Assembly (NCBI GenBank): GCA_004764695.1
Contig: SMSO01000032.1
Coordinates: 3,876,483 to 3,940,482 of the forward strand
Source: Schizochytrium sp. TIO01
Taxonomy: Eukaryota > Protista > Bigyra: Labyrinthulomycetes
DNA length: 64,000 nucleotides
Reading direction: 5' to 3'
This document shows, one piece after another, positions 34,685 to 47,205 of this stretch; the first letter of the stretch is position 1, and each line of letters opens with the position of its first letter. Under the pieces are notes generated by a model. The model was not told the origin of the DNA, searched no databases, and saw only the letters and a program-made list of their open reading frames with translations. A program made the translations under genes and the position numbers.

Positions 34685-37600
34685 CCTGATCCAATTCGAG
34701 TTACTCGCCTCGAAACTGCGTCTCCGTGCGGCTGTCGGCTCCGTCCAAGTCCTCTTTCGCGATCTGCGAGACGCTCGTCGATTTCTTCTCTTTTTCTCCT
34801 CTCTCTTTCTCTCGCCCTCCTCTCCTCTGCTGCCCTTTCCTTCGCTCGCTTTACTTTCCGAGAGAAATTTACTCTCTATACGTCAGTTTACTCTACTTTC
34901 AACAGCCCTTATAACCTACTTGTGGCGCTCGCATTACTATAGACCTCTTCGAGGCAGCGTACTGCTTCTGTGATTGCCCAGCTTCCTTGGTTTGCTCTAG
35001 TTTGTTCGCTGCCAAAACCGACTTTGGAGGGAGTATAGGTCACTATAACTTGCGACCTACTATAGGATATAAGCGCTATAGTCTACTTTGGAGTACAGAC
35101 CATAGCGAAATTGACTGATTACAATTCATCGATTGATGGTAAAGGCTGCTGAAGCTACTCCTAGCATACTGCTTTATTAGAATAATGGTAGTGCACTCTG
35201 TGGCATTACTGTCGTTGCATGCTGCGTGAGCTGCTGCTTTGCTCGATCAGAGAAGGCTCCTGACTGACTGACTGACTGATAGTTGATTTATTGAGAATTA
35301 ACAACCGACTGTAAGTGCAAGAGAGAGCCTGTCAGTACACAGAAACAGTGCGCTCTGCTGCTTTCTCAGTCTCTCTTGTGCTCTCTCTGCCACAGCTTTC
35401 CCTAAATCGACTAAATGACTTCTAGAGAGCAGCAAGTAGAGCTCACATAAGAGTAGAGTAGTGCAAATAGGTAGGTAGTTGGACGTCTTACAATGTGCAT
35501 ATTATATATTAATATAAGATGATATGTGGAGGATGTTATTAACTGTATAAGTATTGATTCACTCAACCCAGTCAGCTTGTAAAGACGACACTGTCTTGTA
35601 TAGAAAGTAGTAGTCACATTTATAGGGTGATATCTTAATGGCTTTTATTAGGAGATCGATGGGAGGGTTTGATTCTCTTTTAAAGGCAGGAGCCAAAGAC
35701 GCTCAGAATAGCCAATGTAAAGTTACTCTGACTAACTTATTGCGTTCTAGGTCAGTATTAAACATAGTTCTACCCAGGGATGATATAAAAGAACATTAGT
35801 ACAGCTTCTTTCTGAAAAAGAGAAATGTAACTTTAAAATTTGCCCTAAAACAAGAAATCCACCGTAAACATTCCATCGGTTGAGAAAACCTTTGTCAGGT
35901 TGGTTCGTCGGTTATAGGTAATAAATGAGGGTAGTTTTATTCATGTCAAACATGGTCTTTTGATTATGAGTGGGTATTAAAAAAAGGATTCTTTTTGGCA
36001 TGAGAACTGCATGTTGATCCTGGCTTTTGTTTCATAATAACCTTCAAAACTTATTTAAGAAAGAGTATCGAATACAATCCATAGATCAATTGCATTTTTT
36101 TTCGCAAGAAAAGGTCGAACTGCCAGTAGACATTAGCTTGGGAAGTCTTACATTATGGGAATTCATGTTGACTTTTGAAACACACTTCTCTTTAATGTCT
36201 TATGTGAACCAAAAAAATGAGACATTTAGTTATGGACAAGTGCAATAATCATTTTCTTGGCCTGATTACTTAGAGTATTTCAGTGCTTTTGTCTTGCGGT
36301 ATTAGTACGCAGTGAGGCCTTGCTTTGGAGTATTACTTATTTATACCTTTTAGCTTAGCAATTGCGAGGCAAGTAGGTCTCAACAAAATTAAATGATGTA
36401 TACCGAGTCTCCGTATGAATCTGAGAACTATTTGCAAGTAGTGTGCTTGCACATGCAAAATGATTAACGAATCTCAATTTTAAATCCTTCCCAAATGATT
36501 TGTAATCGATGACATCACGTTCCTCAGCAGGTGAGTTGCGGAATTTGCCCAGGTTCATATGATGTGTTGGGTGGTAGATCTGCAATTTGCATATATAGCA
36601 CCAAATCCTGCTTTGACCTAGTTATTTATCTTCGAAGTTCCATGATTTTGCCTATATACCCTTCAACCTGAAGACAGAGAGTAAATATTACCTTCGACAT
36701 TACTTTGCGTCCCTGCATTGGATTGTAAACTCGACCACACTCCTGTCCGGTTAAGCAATCTCATCCTGTAAAGAATCTTGGCCCAGTTTTACTTATAGAT
36801 GTCTAGCTAGGTGCACACTATGCGAGAAAAAAGATAAGTGAAAAGAACTTGAAGGAAACCAAATCAAGTCAGAAAGACGCTGCACACGCGCGTGCGCAGC
36901 CTTGCAAACATTTGCAACAATCTTGCAAGCAAAGCGATGGCGCATGTAAACCTTCCTCCACGAATCGTTTGGGTAGGCCTGGTGGATAGCCTACAAGGCT
37001 CACTCATGTTCTCGCGAACATGGGACACTGCAGTTCCGCTAAGGGAGATAAACGCCCCAACCGCGCCAGTTCAAGGTTTGACATCGAGCAGAAGTGACGG
37101 CGGGGAAGAGCCACGATTGGAAAGTGATCGACATGGCAACAATGGACGCTCTTCCACCTCGGCCTTGTCGATCACATTGGAGTCGCCACCAAACGGAAGA
37201 AATACCAAGGCACACGCAGGGGATCTTCGAGGGGCCTCACTAGCTGTGGCCTTGCTAGAGTGCAGTCGAATCACATGGGATTCTGCTAAGGACGAGGCAC
37301 GAATCTGTACATTTAGGTGAGTTGAGTCATTTCCGAAGCCTTGCAAACTACAAACTAATGTTAAATTTGTATACAGAAACAAAGGCCAAGATAGACCTAT
37401 TGTTCTTTTGACCAGATCATTACATGGTGTGATTTATATCGTTGCTGGAGTTGGCAACACTATAGAGTTGGAGTGTAAGTTTTGTCATGGAATACTAAAC
37501 ACAGAAATAACTGTTAGAATAAAGGGAGGACTTACTTGCTTTGAGTTATAGTGGAAAGCTTGCAAGAACAAATTATCGAATCATGTCATACAGCAGCTAA

Positions 37601-40600
37601 CACATCGCGCGTGACACCAGATTTGATTCGTGCTATTAGCGCAAGCATCTCTCTCATGGTCCATAACTTAGTCGAGACTTGATAGGTATTGTCTGAAGAT
37701 GCTACGGAAAAGTAAAGGCTAATTGTGCACCCACTGTATATTGGGTCATAGAAAATTTCACTCTATCAAAGGGTTTCAAGAAAGTACAGAAATCTCTTAA
37801 TGGCGTGAGACCAAGCCTTTGTGCAGATGGAAGAACTCATACAAGTCCTGGCCCATTGCATACTTGACGCAACCACACATGACATAAAGGAATTAAAAAA
37901 GAAAAGCACATGAAAACAAGCGACTATTATTGTGTTGCCTTAGCTGTATTCACGAATAGCACAGCAATTGAGCTGTTGCCGGTCAAGAAGTAACAAGTCT
38001 GAAACTGTAGTTTTGCTTTTCAAATTGAAAATTTGTTACCAACTAAGGATCTCATATTCATTTTTTTCAACTCTGGGAAATAAAAAATAAACAAAGAAGC
38101 AGAAATGGACAATCTTACTATTATCTTTGATCAGACGAGCAGATCAAAACAATATTCTTGAATACCCAACGTTCTCATCTTTCACCGGTTTATTAATATG
38201 ATGATGTCGATGTTTCAGCAATTTCGCATATTTTCGGTTTCGGGCGCGTGCATGTACGCTGCATCAGCGATCCTTCAGAAGAATTGCGCTGGTCACTCTT
38301 TCAAACAAGACCATCTCGCTCAGCTCGCGATAAAATCCCTAAAGTTGTTTCCTTGCTGCACTAATTAGTACTCACAACCACCATCTTTCATTCGACGTTG
38401 TTGTGTTTTGCTACACTGTAAATTGACCGTGCGACGTACTAGCACTCATCTCTCAGACTGCAAGCTCTTGGTTGACCATTTACACATGGCACGGCCTTTA
38501 CCCGAGTCAGCATAAAGGGGCCCGAAAAGCCGGCACTCCGGGAGCAGGAGTTCGTGGTGAGGCCCACATTTCACCTAATAGCAACCGAAGCCAACTTCCG
38601 GGTTCCCCAAACAAGCATCAGCAGGAGGTGGGTATACCTTCCTGCTGTGTCTGAGCCCGAGTTGAAACCAAATCCTGATCCAGCCATCGCGGCACAAGCC
38701 AACCATTCGCCTTCACATATCCTCAAGATCAACTTTTGGCCCTCCAGGGCATGCATTCACTTCAAACAGCGCAGCCCTCCTGGATGATGGAGACCTGCAA
38801 TTTGCAGTCTTTAGCCCCTGTCAGAGGTCGCCAGGAAGTCTTGCTTGCCCTCACTTCGTCGCGTCGAAGCGCTGGCTGCTGACCCCAACGAGTCCTCTTC
38901 AGCCTGCCACCAGGTAAATCCTCCGCAGCCACCATCACAGTCGCCGTCAAACGATGCTTCGTCGCCGCTCGCAAGAGCCACAGCAGAGTCAAGTCCATCG
39001 CCGCCCATCGCCGACCGGAGACATGTCGGCCCCGTCTTGGCACCTTGGCCAAGAATCCCTCATGTCCACGTTCATTCAACGGGCACTGGCACCCTGGCAC
39101 CTCGACACCTATCTACTGCCTCCACCGAGGCCGCAGATGCAAGCTGGAGTGGGGACAGCCGAGGCCTATGTCACGGAGGCCTTTCGGCCTCGGTGGTTGC
39201 GATTTGATTGATTCTGGTTCTTGGCGATGCGATTGATCGCTGCATTACAACTTGCGCCTAAAAGATGAGGCTGCGCCTTCGAGTTTTTCACGCGGAGCCG
39301 TATCGTAGGAGCGCCCTAAGAGAGACTAGGCTAGATTTTGTTTTAGTTTTCTTTTTCTCGCAACGAAAGGATACGTACGTTTGTTATTCTCGTTGTGAAT
39401 GATTTATTTGCCTCATTACAAACACAAAGAGAACAGCTGAGACATCGCAAGCAAAGTCCATGCAACAGCTTGCGGCAAAAGCTTCTCAAGACGTCTGGCG
39501 AAGGACGGGGCAGCAGAAACGAGGCCAGGCGAGTCAGGCAAGCTCAAAGGGCTCGCGGCGAGGAGCTCTGTTTCGATGCAGGCGCTTTTCTCAAGGCAAT
39601 CAGTTTGCCAGAACCCATGCATCCGCTCATTCTCTGCTGTGGAACTCGTGAGTACTAACTTAGTACCTTGAGACTTCGTTTTGCTTGAAGCAAACTTGCA
39701 CGCACACAAACGCAGTTCTCATGGCATGAGCTCGCAGAGTGAAACCAGCAGCGAAGACATCGCTCGAAGACATCGCTCGATAACGGCGAAGGGAGTGGAC
39801 AACCTCTAGCTAGTGCGGTGCCTTCGATACCTTGCTTGCTCAGTCAGATATCAACTAAGAGAACAAAACAATCTACACAGCCGAGTGAGGAATCGTGTTC
39901 GACGGTTTCGTGTCCCGGCTTGGGCAAGTGAACAAGCAAGTGTCCTTGTGGCGTTGACAACTAAATAACTAACAACTGACCAACTGACTAAGTACGTACG
40001 TATTTACTTATCTCGAGTTTCTAGCTTTGGCGAGGTATTGACAGGCTGAGTCGCCCCTCAAAAGCGGTTCGATGCATTCATTCAGTTTTACAACTAAGAG
40101 GGTTCGTTTGGGTTGCAAAGCAGCGAAAGCAGTTCTCACTTTAGCAGGGATAGCTAGCTCACAGAGGAGTCGAGAATGTGATACTTGAAAGTCGCGACGA
40201 ACGAATCTTGCTCGAGACCGAAAGACACAATCGCTATCGATGCATGGGTGAGTGTCGTGGCGCTATCGCCACGGATCGTGAGCAGGGCCATGGTCGCTGA
40301 GATCTCCACGAGGCCTACACAGTTAGTTCTAAGGTGCTCTTTTTTCAAGATTAATTTTATAAATAAGATTCCATTTTATTACTATTATTATTATTATTTT
40401 AATTAAAACAACAATCTTTTTTAATGAAACAGTTTAATAATAATCAATAATCAATAAAACCAAGAAAATAAATTGAGACCAGAATAAAGAACCGCAATCA
40501 CATCAGCTACCTTGGCGTGGGGAAGGCGAGGAAAGCTGGAACGAGATGGGAAAATGGTGACGTCGCATAGTGCCAAAAACATGTATCATATCACGAGCAG

Positions 40601-40830
40601 TGCCGCTCTGCAGAGGTCTATAAAACGGTGGCTCCCTTCTTTCACTGTCAGCACGCAGTCTTTATCGCCGTCTTTTCTCCTCGTAGGCCCGACGCCCTCT
40701 CAGTTTAATCCCGTATCATATCCTGAAACGCAGGATCTTTCTCTCTCGTTTCCCCGGATTTCTTCCTTCTTTCGCACTTGTTCACTCAATTATTATTATT
40801 CTTCGAAGACTCAGAAACAAATAAAACTTG

Positions 40831-41036
40831 AACAAACAAACAAACAAACAAACAAACAAACAAACAAACAAACAAACAAACAAACAAACAAACAAACAAA
40901 CAAACAAACAAACAAACAAACAAACAAACAAACAAACAAACAAACAAACAAACAAACAAACAAACAAACAAACAAACAAACAAACAAACAAACAAACAAA
41001 CAAACAAACAAACAAACAAACAAACAAACAAACAAA
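40831..41036. repeat. (AAAC)n microsatellite, about 51 units
   Basis: Directly visible, followed by a short (GAAT)n tract. Confidence 0.97.
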
Positions 41037-41985
41037 TGAATGAATGAATGAGTGAATGAACGAATAACTGAGGAAAAGAATTCTTAGACTCGAGGATATT
41101 CCGTAGCCGTGGATCATTTTTTCACTTGGGCATGCATGGTAGCGCGATCATTCTGCTCTTGGGAATGCCATGGATAGATAGATATAGATAGATAGGTCAA
41201 TGGCACGGCGCGTGATAATGGTTACTCCGTCCTGAGTTTGGCCCAGCGCAAGATATGAACAGATACCATCGATCGTTCTTGGTTTGGGAAGACATGTTTT
41301 TTGTTTTTTTCAACTTGTTGTTGGTTTTTATTCTTTGGCAATTGAAAAACTTTTTAGTTAGATTTGTTTTTCTCAACCTCTAGCACTAGCTTAGGGTTTT
41401 GATAGTCACAGAGAGAATATACCCTTTTAAAAAATAAAATAAAATAAAAAATAAAATAAAATAAAAGGAAAGGAAACAAACATCGTACACTGAGACAGTC
41501 AATCACAAATCCGCAACACCCGACACTTGCTCGATATCTCCCCGATCTCCACCCTCTTCGCGCCAGCACGAAGACAGATAGCACACGACGCTCGAAGTCG
41601 TGGCAATCCCCCAAGTCAGCTGCCGCGAGCTCTTCATCATTAACAGTAACAAGACAAGAGCCACTGCGAGTGTAGGCTGCTTGGCTTTTCTGATTCAAAC
41701 GCCTCATTGAAACGAGAGAAAAACCTATAAAGGCCCTCTTCGTGCCCGTTTGGAAGATATCTTTCGAAGCACCTAGATCAGAGTCAGCCGAGGGAGGAGA
41801 TTGACGACTTTGGATAGAATAAGCGCTGGTCTTGGAGAGACCCAAAACCAGTTCCTGTTTGATCGATCCCTGATCGATATTTCCGTTTCTGGTTGGTTTC
41901 CTTGCTTGCTGGCGCTTTTGCAGCGAGTACTCGAGGCTGTAAATTGCAATTAAGAAGTCAGTCAAAGCAAATAATTGTCGGCAAC

Positions 41986-44337
41986 ATGGACGAAGATCGC
42001 ATGGATCATGCTGTGGCAGTTTTCACAAGTGGTGGTGATGCACCAGGCATGAACGCTGTTGTTCGTAGTGTTGTGCGCAGCGGTATCCACCATGGTCGCG
42101 ACGTCTATGCTGTCTATGAGGGCTACCAGGGCCTTGTGGATGGCAAGGGCAAGATCCGTAAGATGGAGTGGAGTGATGTGCAAATGATGATCTACAAGGG
42201 TGGTACTGTAATTGGCTCTGCTCGTTGCATGGAGTTCCGCGAGAGAGACGGCCGTCTTCGTGCCTGTCAACACTTGGTGGAGCATGGCATTACCAACATC
42301 ATCTGTTGCGGTGGTGACGGCTCTCTCACCGGTGCCAACATCTTCAAACTGGAATGGCCTTCTCTCCTCGAAGAACTGCACAAGAATGGACGTGTCACTG
42401 ATGCACAGGCTGAGAAGTATGCCAACATTAACATCATTGGTTGTGTCGGCAGCATTGATAACGACATGGTTTATGATGGCACGCTCACAATCGGTACTGA
42501 TACCGCTCTTCACCGCATCGTCGACGCCATCGATGCCGTGCAAAGTACTGCCTCAAGCCACCAGCGCACTTTTGTACTTGAAATCATGGGCCGCCACTGT
42601 GGTTACCTCGCTTGGGCCGCTGGTGTCGCTACTGGTGCAGACTACATCTTCATCCCTGAGGCTCCTTCCAAGCACGATGACTGGGAGTCCGCGCTCTGTG
42701 CCAAGCTTGATCATCAGCGTAAACGTGGAGCTCGTCTCTGTACCGTTCTTGTTGCCGAAGGAGCCATCGACAAGCATGGTAAGCCCATCAAGACCGAGTA
42801 CGTACGCCAGGTTATTATCGACCGCCTTGGTCATGACACTCGCTCAACAATCCTTGGCCACGTGCAGCGTGGTGGATACGCTTCTGCCTATGATCGCTTT
42901 CTTGGCTCTGTTTCTGGCGCATTTGCTGTGGAGCGTCTACTCCGTACCAAGCCAGAGGATGCATCTACTATTGTTGGCGTCAAGGGATTTTCTGTTACTT
43001 TCAACCCGCTCGTGGAAACCATTGAGGCAACTCAGCAAGTGGCCAAGTACACGGCTAAGCTTGACTTCGAAAGTGCTATTCGTGCACGTGGTAATAACTT
43101 CCAGCGCTACTGGAACATTCAGAAGTCCATCAACCGTGATGTCGCAAAGCGTGAAGCAATTCCAGATGCTGGGAAGACAATTTGCATCATCTGTACTGGT
43201 GCCCCTGCAGGTGGTATGAATGCAGCTGTTCGTAGTGCCAACCACTTTGCTCTCAACCTGGGTTATGCGGTCTTTGCTGCTTCCGATGGTTTCCAGGGCT
43301 TCATGGACGGCCATATCAAGCCTCTCTCCTGGACTGATGTAATTGGCTGGGCGGGTGATGGTGGCACCAACCTCCGCACTGATCGCTCCACACCAACGGA
43401 TGCTGCTGCCATTAACAAGGTCTGTGAAGACTTCAAGATCGATGCACTTCTTGTTATTGGAGGTTTTGATGGTCTCATGGGCATCCACGATCTTCGTAAC
43501 AACATCAATGTGCCGGTTGCCTACGTACCAGCAACTATTTCTAATAACGTCCCGGGAACAGACTTCAGCATTGGTTCTGACACTGCTCTCAATGCAATTG
43601 TCAGTGCAATTGACACTTGCAAAAAATCAGCTGACTCTTCCAAGAGCCGCGTGTTCATTATTGAAGTCCAGGGCCGTTACAGTGGCTACTTGACAGTTCT
43701 TAGTGCCTTGGCCGCTGGCGCAGACATTGCTTACGTTCCTGAAATGGATGTGACTCTCCAGCAGATGCAGGCCGACATTGCGCGCATCAAAGAACAAATT
43801 GCAACGCACAACAAGCGCCACTTTGTTGTTGTTCGCAACGAATTCTGTAGCCCATCTTACGACCTTAATTTCATGGAGGTTCTCTTCCGTGAAGAAGGCA
43901 AGGGCTCCTTCTCTGTCCGTACTGTCAAACTCGGACATCTTTGCCAGGGTGACTACCCTTCGCCGCTTGACCGCATCCGTGCCACCACACTTGCTGCTGA
44001 TGCTACTGACCACCTCATCAAATGTATCAAGGGCCAGGCTACGGAGGACCTGACAAAGGTTGTTGTGGGTCTCTGTCACTCACACACTGTAATCCAGCCT
44101 ATGGCTAAGGCTTGTGCTGGTGCCGACTGGAAGCGTCGTGTCCCAGCTGATCGTCCGTGGGCTTGGCTTCTTGGTCTTCAGCAGTGCCTCTCTGGTTTTA
44201 TCACCCGTGAGGACAAGCAGACTGAGTACAACGAGACCGCGGGAGTAATATCCAACAACATTCTTTTGAATGGCGTGCCGACAGTTTGCAAGAAGGAGAT
44301 TCTGGACTCTTCCAGCGTTGATTCTCACTCAAAGTAA
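41986..44337 (+). CDS. PFK: ATP-dependent 6-phosphofructokinase, tandem-duplicated eukaryotic type
   Basis: N-half: TSGGDAPGMN, GGTVIGSARC, GGDGSLTGA, GSIDND, EIMGRHCGYLA, LGHVQRGG. C-half: GAPAGGMNAA, IGGFDG, PATISNNVPGTD, IIEVQGRYSGYL, LGHLCQG. First ATG at 41986. Confidence 0.95.
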   Translation: MDEDRMDHAVAVFTSGGDAPGMNAVVRSVVRSGIHHGRDVYAVYEGYQGLVDGKGKIRKMEWSDVQMMIYKGGTVIGSARCMEFRERDGRLRACQHLVEHGITNIICCGGDGSLTGANIFKLEWPSLLEELHKNGRVTDAQAEKYANINIIGCVGSIDNDMVYDGTLTIGTDTALHRIVDAIDAVQSTASSHQRTFVLEIMGRHCGYLAWAAGVATGADYIFIPEAPSKHDDWESALCAKLDHQRKRGARLCTVLVAEGAIDKHGKPIKTEYVRQVIIDRLGHDTRSTILGHVQRGGYASAYDRFLGSVSGAFAVERLLRTKPEDASTIVGVKGFSVTFNPLVETIEATQQVAKYTAKLDFESAIRARGNNFQRYWNIQKSINRDVAKREAIPDAGKTICIICTGAPAGGMNAAVRSANHFALNLGYAVFAASDGFQGFMDGHIKPLSWTDVIGWAGDGGTNLRTDRSTPTDAAAINKVCEDFKIDALLVIGGFDGLMGIHDLRNNINVPVAYVPATISNNVPGTDFSIGSDTALNAIVSAIDTCKKSADSSKSRVFIIEVQGRYSGYLTVLSALAAGADIAYVPEMDVTLQQMQADIARIKEQIATHNKRHFVVVRNEFCSPSYDLNFMEVLFREEGKGSFSVRTVKLGHLCQGDYPSPLDRIRATTLAADATDHLIKCIKGQATEDLTKVVVGLCHSHTVIQPMAKACAGADWKRRVPADRPWAWLLGLQQCLSGFITREDKQTEYNETAGVISNNILLNGVPTVCKKEILDSSSVDSHSK

Positions 44338-45052
44338 GAGTCATTGCTGAGATCTTTCTCCGTGACTGCCTTGCCAATTAGTAGATGACAAGCTCACTCT
44401 GTTCACCCGTAATCTCATTCAACAGTTGTGTGCAACCATCCTGTTTTTTCTCATCCCAACCTGGACTTCATGGTGATGTCTGTGTTATGATTTGCCCTCT
44501 TGCCTTCTTTGCTTCTTTTTTAAACAATAAAATCCACATTTCGTTTTTATGATTCAACACTACCGACCTGGCCCCGTCCTTGCTTAAACCTGAACATTAA
44601 TTTCATGGAGCCTGTTTGGGGCCTACATTCATCCTTGATTTACATTAATTTTCATTACACTACAAATTTGTTTAACATTTCGAGCTGCGTGTTATCTTTC
44701 AAAGAAGAAAGTGACGAATTACATTTCGCTTGTTCTTCATCAAAATGTAATATGTGCAGATATCCTTTGAAAATGAATTTTCTACAACAACTTAAATCAT
44801 TTGTGAAGAATCAAATAAAATATAATTGTTTTGATTTTCTTGCTCTATTATTGGGATACTGAGAAAAGAAGGCTGGCGAACGTTTCGAAGCAAATCACAT
44901 TGCACGATTTCTTTAAGTGGTATTACCATAAGTTTAGAAAATCCAATCTCAACCTGGGTCCCGTTATGTGAAAATGTCTAATTCCTTTTTCTATTTCCTT
45001 TTTTTTTTTTTTTTTATAAAATTATATAAGAAGTTCCACACACAGACTGCTC

Positions 45053-46297
45053 TTATGAGCCCGAAATGTGAAAGTGGTTGCGGTGGTAGTACATGATCAT
45101 CTCAACAAGCATCTTTTCAATGTTGTTGCCAATGCCAGGGAGGTGGCTAAGGCTGCCTGCAAACCGGCGCACAGCAGGGAGAGTCACACGTTCGAACAGT
45201 GGCGAACGCATAAAATAGAAGGCCAGCAATGTTCGGCGGCGGCGCATTTCATCATCAATAATCTTGATATCAGTTTCTGACGCCTTTGAGGAGCCGGACG
45301 ATCCAGAGATTAGTTTGTTAAACGCCTTGCTTAGTATTTCTGCAGGGGGGACATTCTCCTTTGTTTGAACAGCGCCTGGGGTGGCCACCATGCTACAACG
45401 CAACGAGAGCAGCTCCAAAATAAGTGAGAGCGCCCACGGCCGCCAGGTTGATTTCGCATCCTTCAAACGGTAAACCTGCATGATGTAAATCACAGGGCGA
45501 ATGATATGAAGGATTTCTCCAGCAGTCCTCAATGCTTGATCTTCAGGGCCAGCTTCAGATATAACAAGCGTCTTACTGCTGGACGAGCCTACACTTGTCA
45601 CAAGAGGAGACTCATGGACATTGTCGAATGATGCCAAAGCCGTAGAGAGAGGAATAGCTTTACCAGAACGACGACCCGCCCATTGTGGTGCAGTAATAGG
45701 TGTTGCATCCACCTTATCCTCAGGGGTCGTTGACTTTGTCGACGCCGCATCTGCATCCTCCTCCTTCTGAGAACTAGACTCTTCTACTCCATCAGTGATC
45801 TCGGTGATCGAGGCATTGTTTACTGAGCCCTTCGTGCTGCCTGCAGGCAAAGGTTGGAGCTGGCCACCATTGACGAGAACTGAAGCACGCTTAGAGAGCA
45901 TAAAAAGGATCAGACGGCCAATTGCTTTTATCCACTCAATGAGCAGAACAATTCGCTGCCGGGCACCATCACCCCGCAAAATACGCGTCAGCATCTCAAT
46001 CACGATCTCAGTTTGGCCAAGCAGGGTCAACACAATCTTGATAACACGAACAAGCGCTGAGCCTTGCTCTGTTTGACGAACTTGGTGGATAATCCGGCTG
46101 TGGTACAGGCTGACGAGACTCAGACCAGCATATGTGGATTCCTGGAAAACTTCTGAGTACTTTCCAAAGCGAGTGGTCGGCACCAACATGGTTACCAGTC
46201 GTCCCATCTCCTCCATACGCTTAACTTGCTCTGGGTGAGCACGGACCATCTCCTTGTATTGTGCCAGCATCGCACCGGGGCCCGTTTCTGACTGCAT
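45053..46297 (-). CDS. PEX16: Peroxisomal membrane biogenesis protein PEX16
   Basis: Y...V..H, ESTYAGLSLVSLYH, EIVIEM, IEWIKAIGRL, GRRSGK, GEILHIIRPVIY, WRPWALSL, EMRRR..LLAFYFMRSPLFE, matching the Pex16 motif order. Confidence 0.88.
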   Translation of the reverse strand: MQSETGPGAMLAQYKEMVRAHPEQVKRMEEMGRLVTMLVPTTRFGKYSEVFQESTYAGLSLVSLYHSRIIHQVRQTEQGSALVRVIKIVLTLLGQTEIVIEMLTRILRGDGARQRIVLLIEWIKAIGRLILFMLSKRASVLVNGGQLQPLPAGSTKGSVNNASITEITDGVEESSSQKEEDADAASTKSTTPEDKVDATPITAPQWAGRRSGKAIPLSTALASFDNVHESPLVTSVGSSSSKTLVISEAGPEDQALRTAGEILHIIRPVIYIMQVYRLKDAKSTWRPWALSLILELLSLRCSMVATPGAVQTKENVPPAEILSKAFNKLISGSSGSSKASETDIKIIDDEMRRRRTLLAFYFMRSPLFERVTLPAVRRFAGSLSHLPGIGNNIEKMLVEMIMYYHRNHFHISGS

Positions 46298-47205
46298 GAT
46301 TGCGATCTTTCTTGATCAGAAGGCAAGTATTGACAAGGTGTCAGAACCTGAGTCTTGTCAATGTCAAAGAGCGTAAAGTAATTGAACCTTTTCAAGCCAA
46401 TGTTTACTTTCTAACTGTGGTATCAGGCAGGAATTCGAGGGCCCTTTGGCTGAGTGGGGCTAGACTTGTTCACGAAGCGCTGCCTCAAGCAATCAAACAA
46501 AAATTAGACGCCTTCGAGGTCGCCACAAAGACAGCAACCTCAACAAGCCCTTCAAGGCAGCGTTCTAGCAAGAAAGCAGCTTCCCAAGGCTGCCCACTAG
46601 CCACGTCGCCCGCAGCTATCGAGCTGCTACAGCACAATCGGGATCTGCTGCTCAGACCGAACCTGAGTTAGCAGAATACTTTCCTTTCTTTAAAGCAGAA
46701 GAAGACAAGACACAGGAAGAAAGAAAGAAAGGGAAGAAATACAAGATTTCCCAAATAACGACGAGAAATAAGGTATGAACCTACGAGTTGATATTTCCAG
46801 TAGAAACAATAGAGAGCGCTGGTTGGTATGGCGATGACATTTACGAATGTGGTGATGGAGTCAAATGCAAGGAACCGCTCAAAACATTAATGCTCTTCTG
46901 GGGGTTGAGCATGTACGTATGATAGGGAGGATTTAAGTCAGGTTTCGTCAACACTTTTAATAGGTTGACTGGTTTATTCTCTGCAAGAAATGTGATAAGT
47001 GTCTAAAAAAGGTTCTAAATGATGAACAGGATGACTTGTACAGATTACAAACAGCATAAGTAGGAATCTTTATTTAAAGAGACAGCGATGTCTATACGAA
47101 AGAGAATGTATGGTGGTGGGTATCAATACAATTATATTTATCAAAGGTAATGCAACACTCACGATGCATGGTAGTTTGAGATGTCTGAAACAAAATAACT
47201 TTTTG

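Noticed and set aside
42212-43219. 335-aa alternative-frame ORF within PFK
   Set aside because: Ser/Thr/Leu-rich frame shadow with non-ATG start and no recognisable motifs.
41986-46297. PFK next to PEX16 as a hint of peroxisomal (glycosome-like) glycolysis
   Set aside because: PFK ends in -HSK, not a PTS1, and I see no PTS2; adjacency alone is not evidence.
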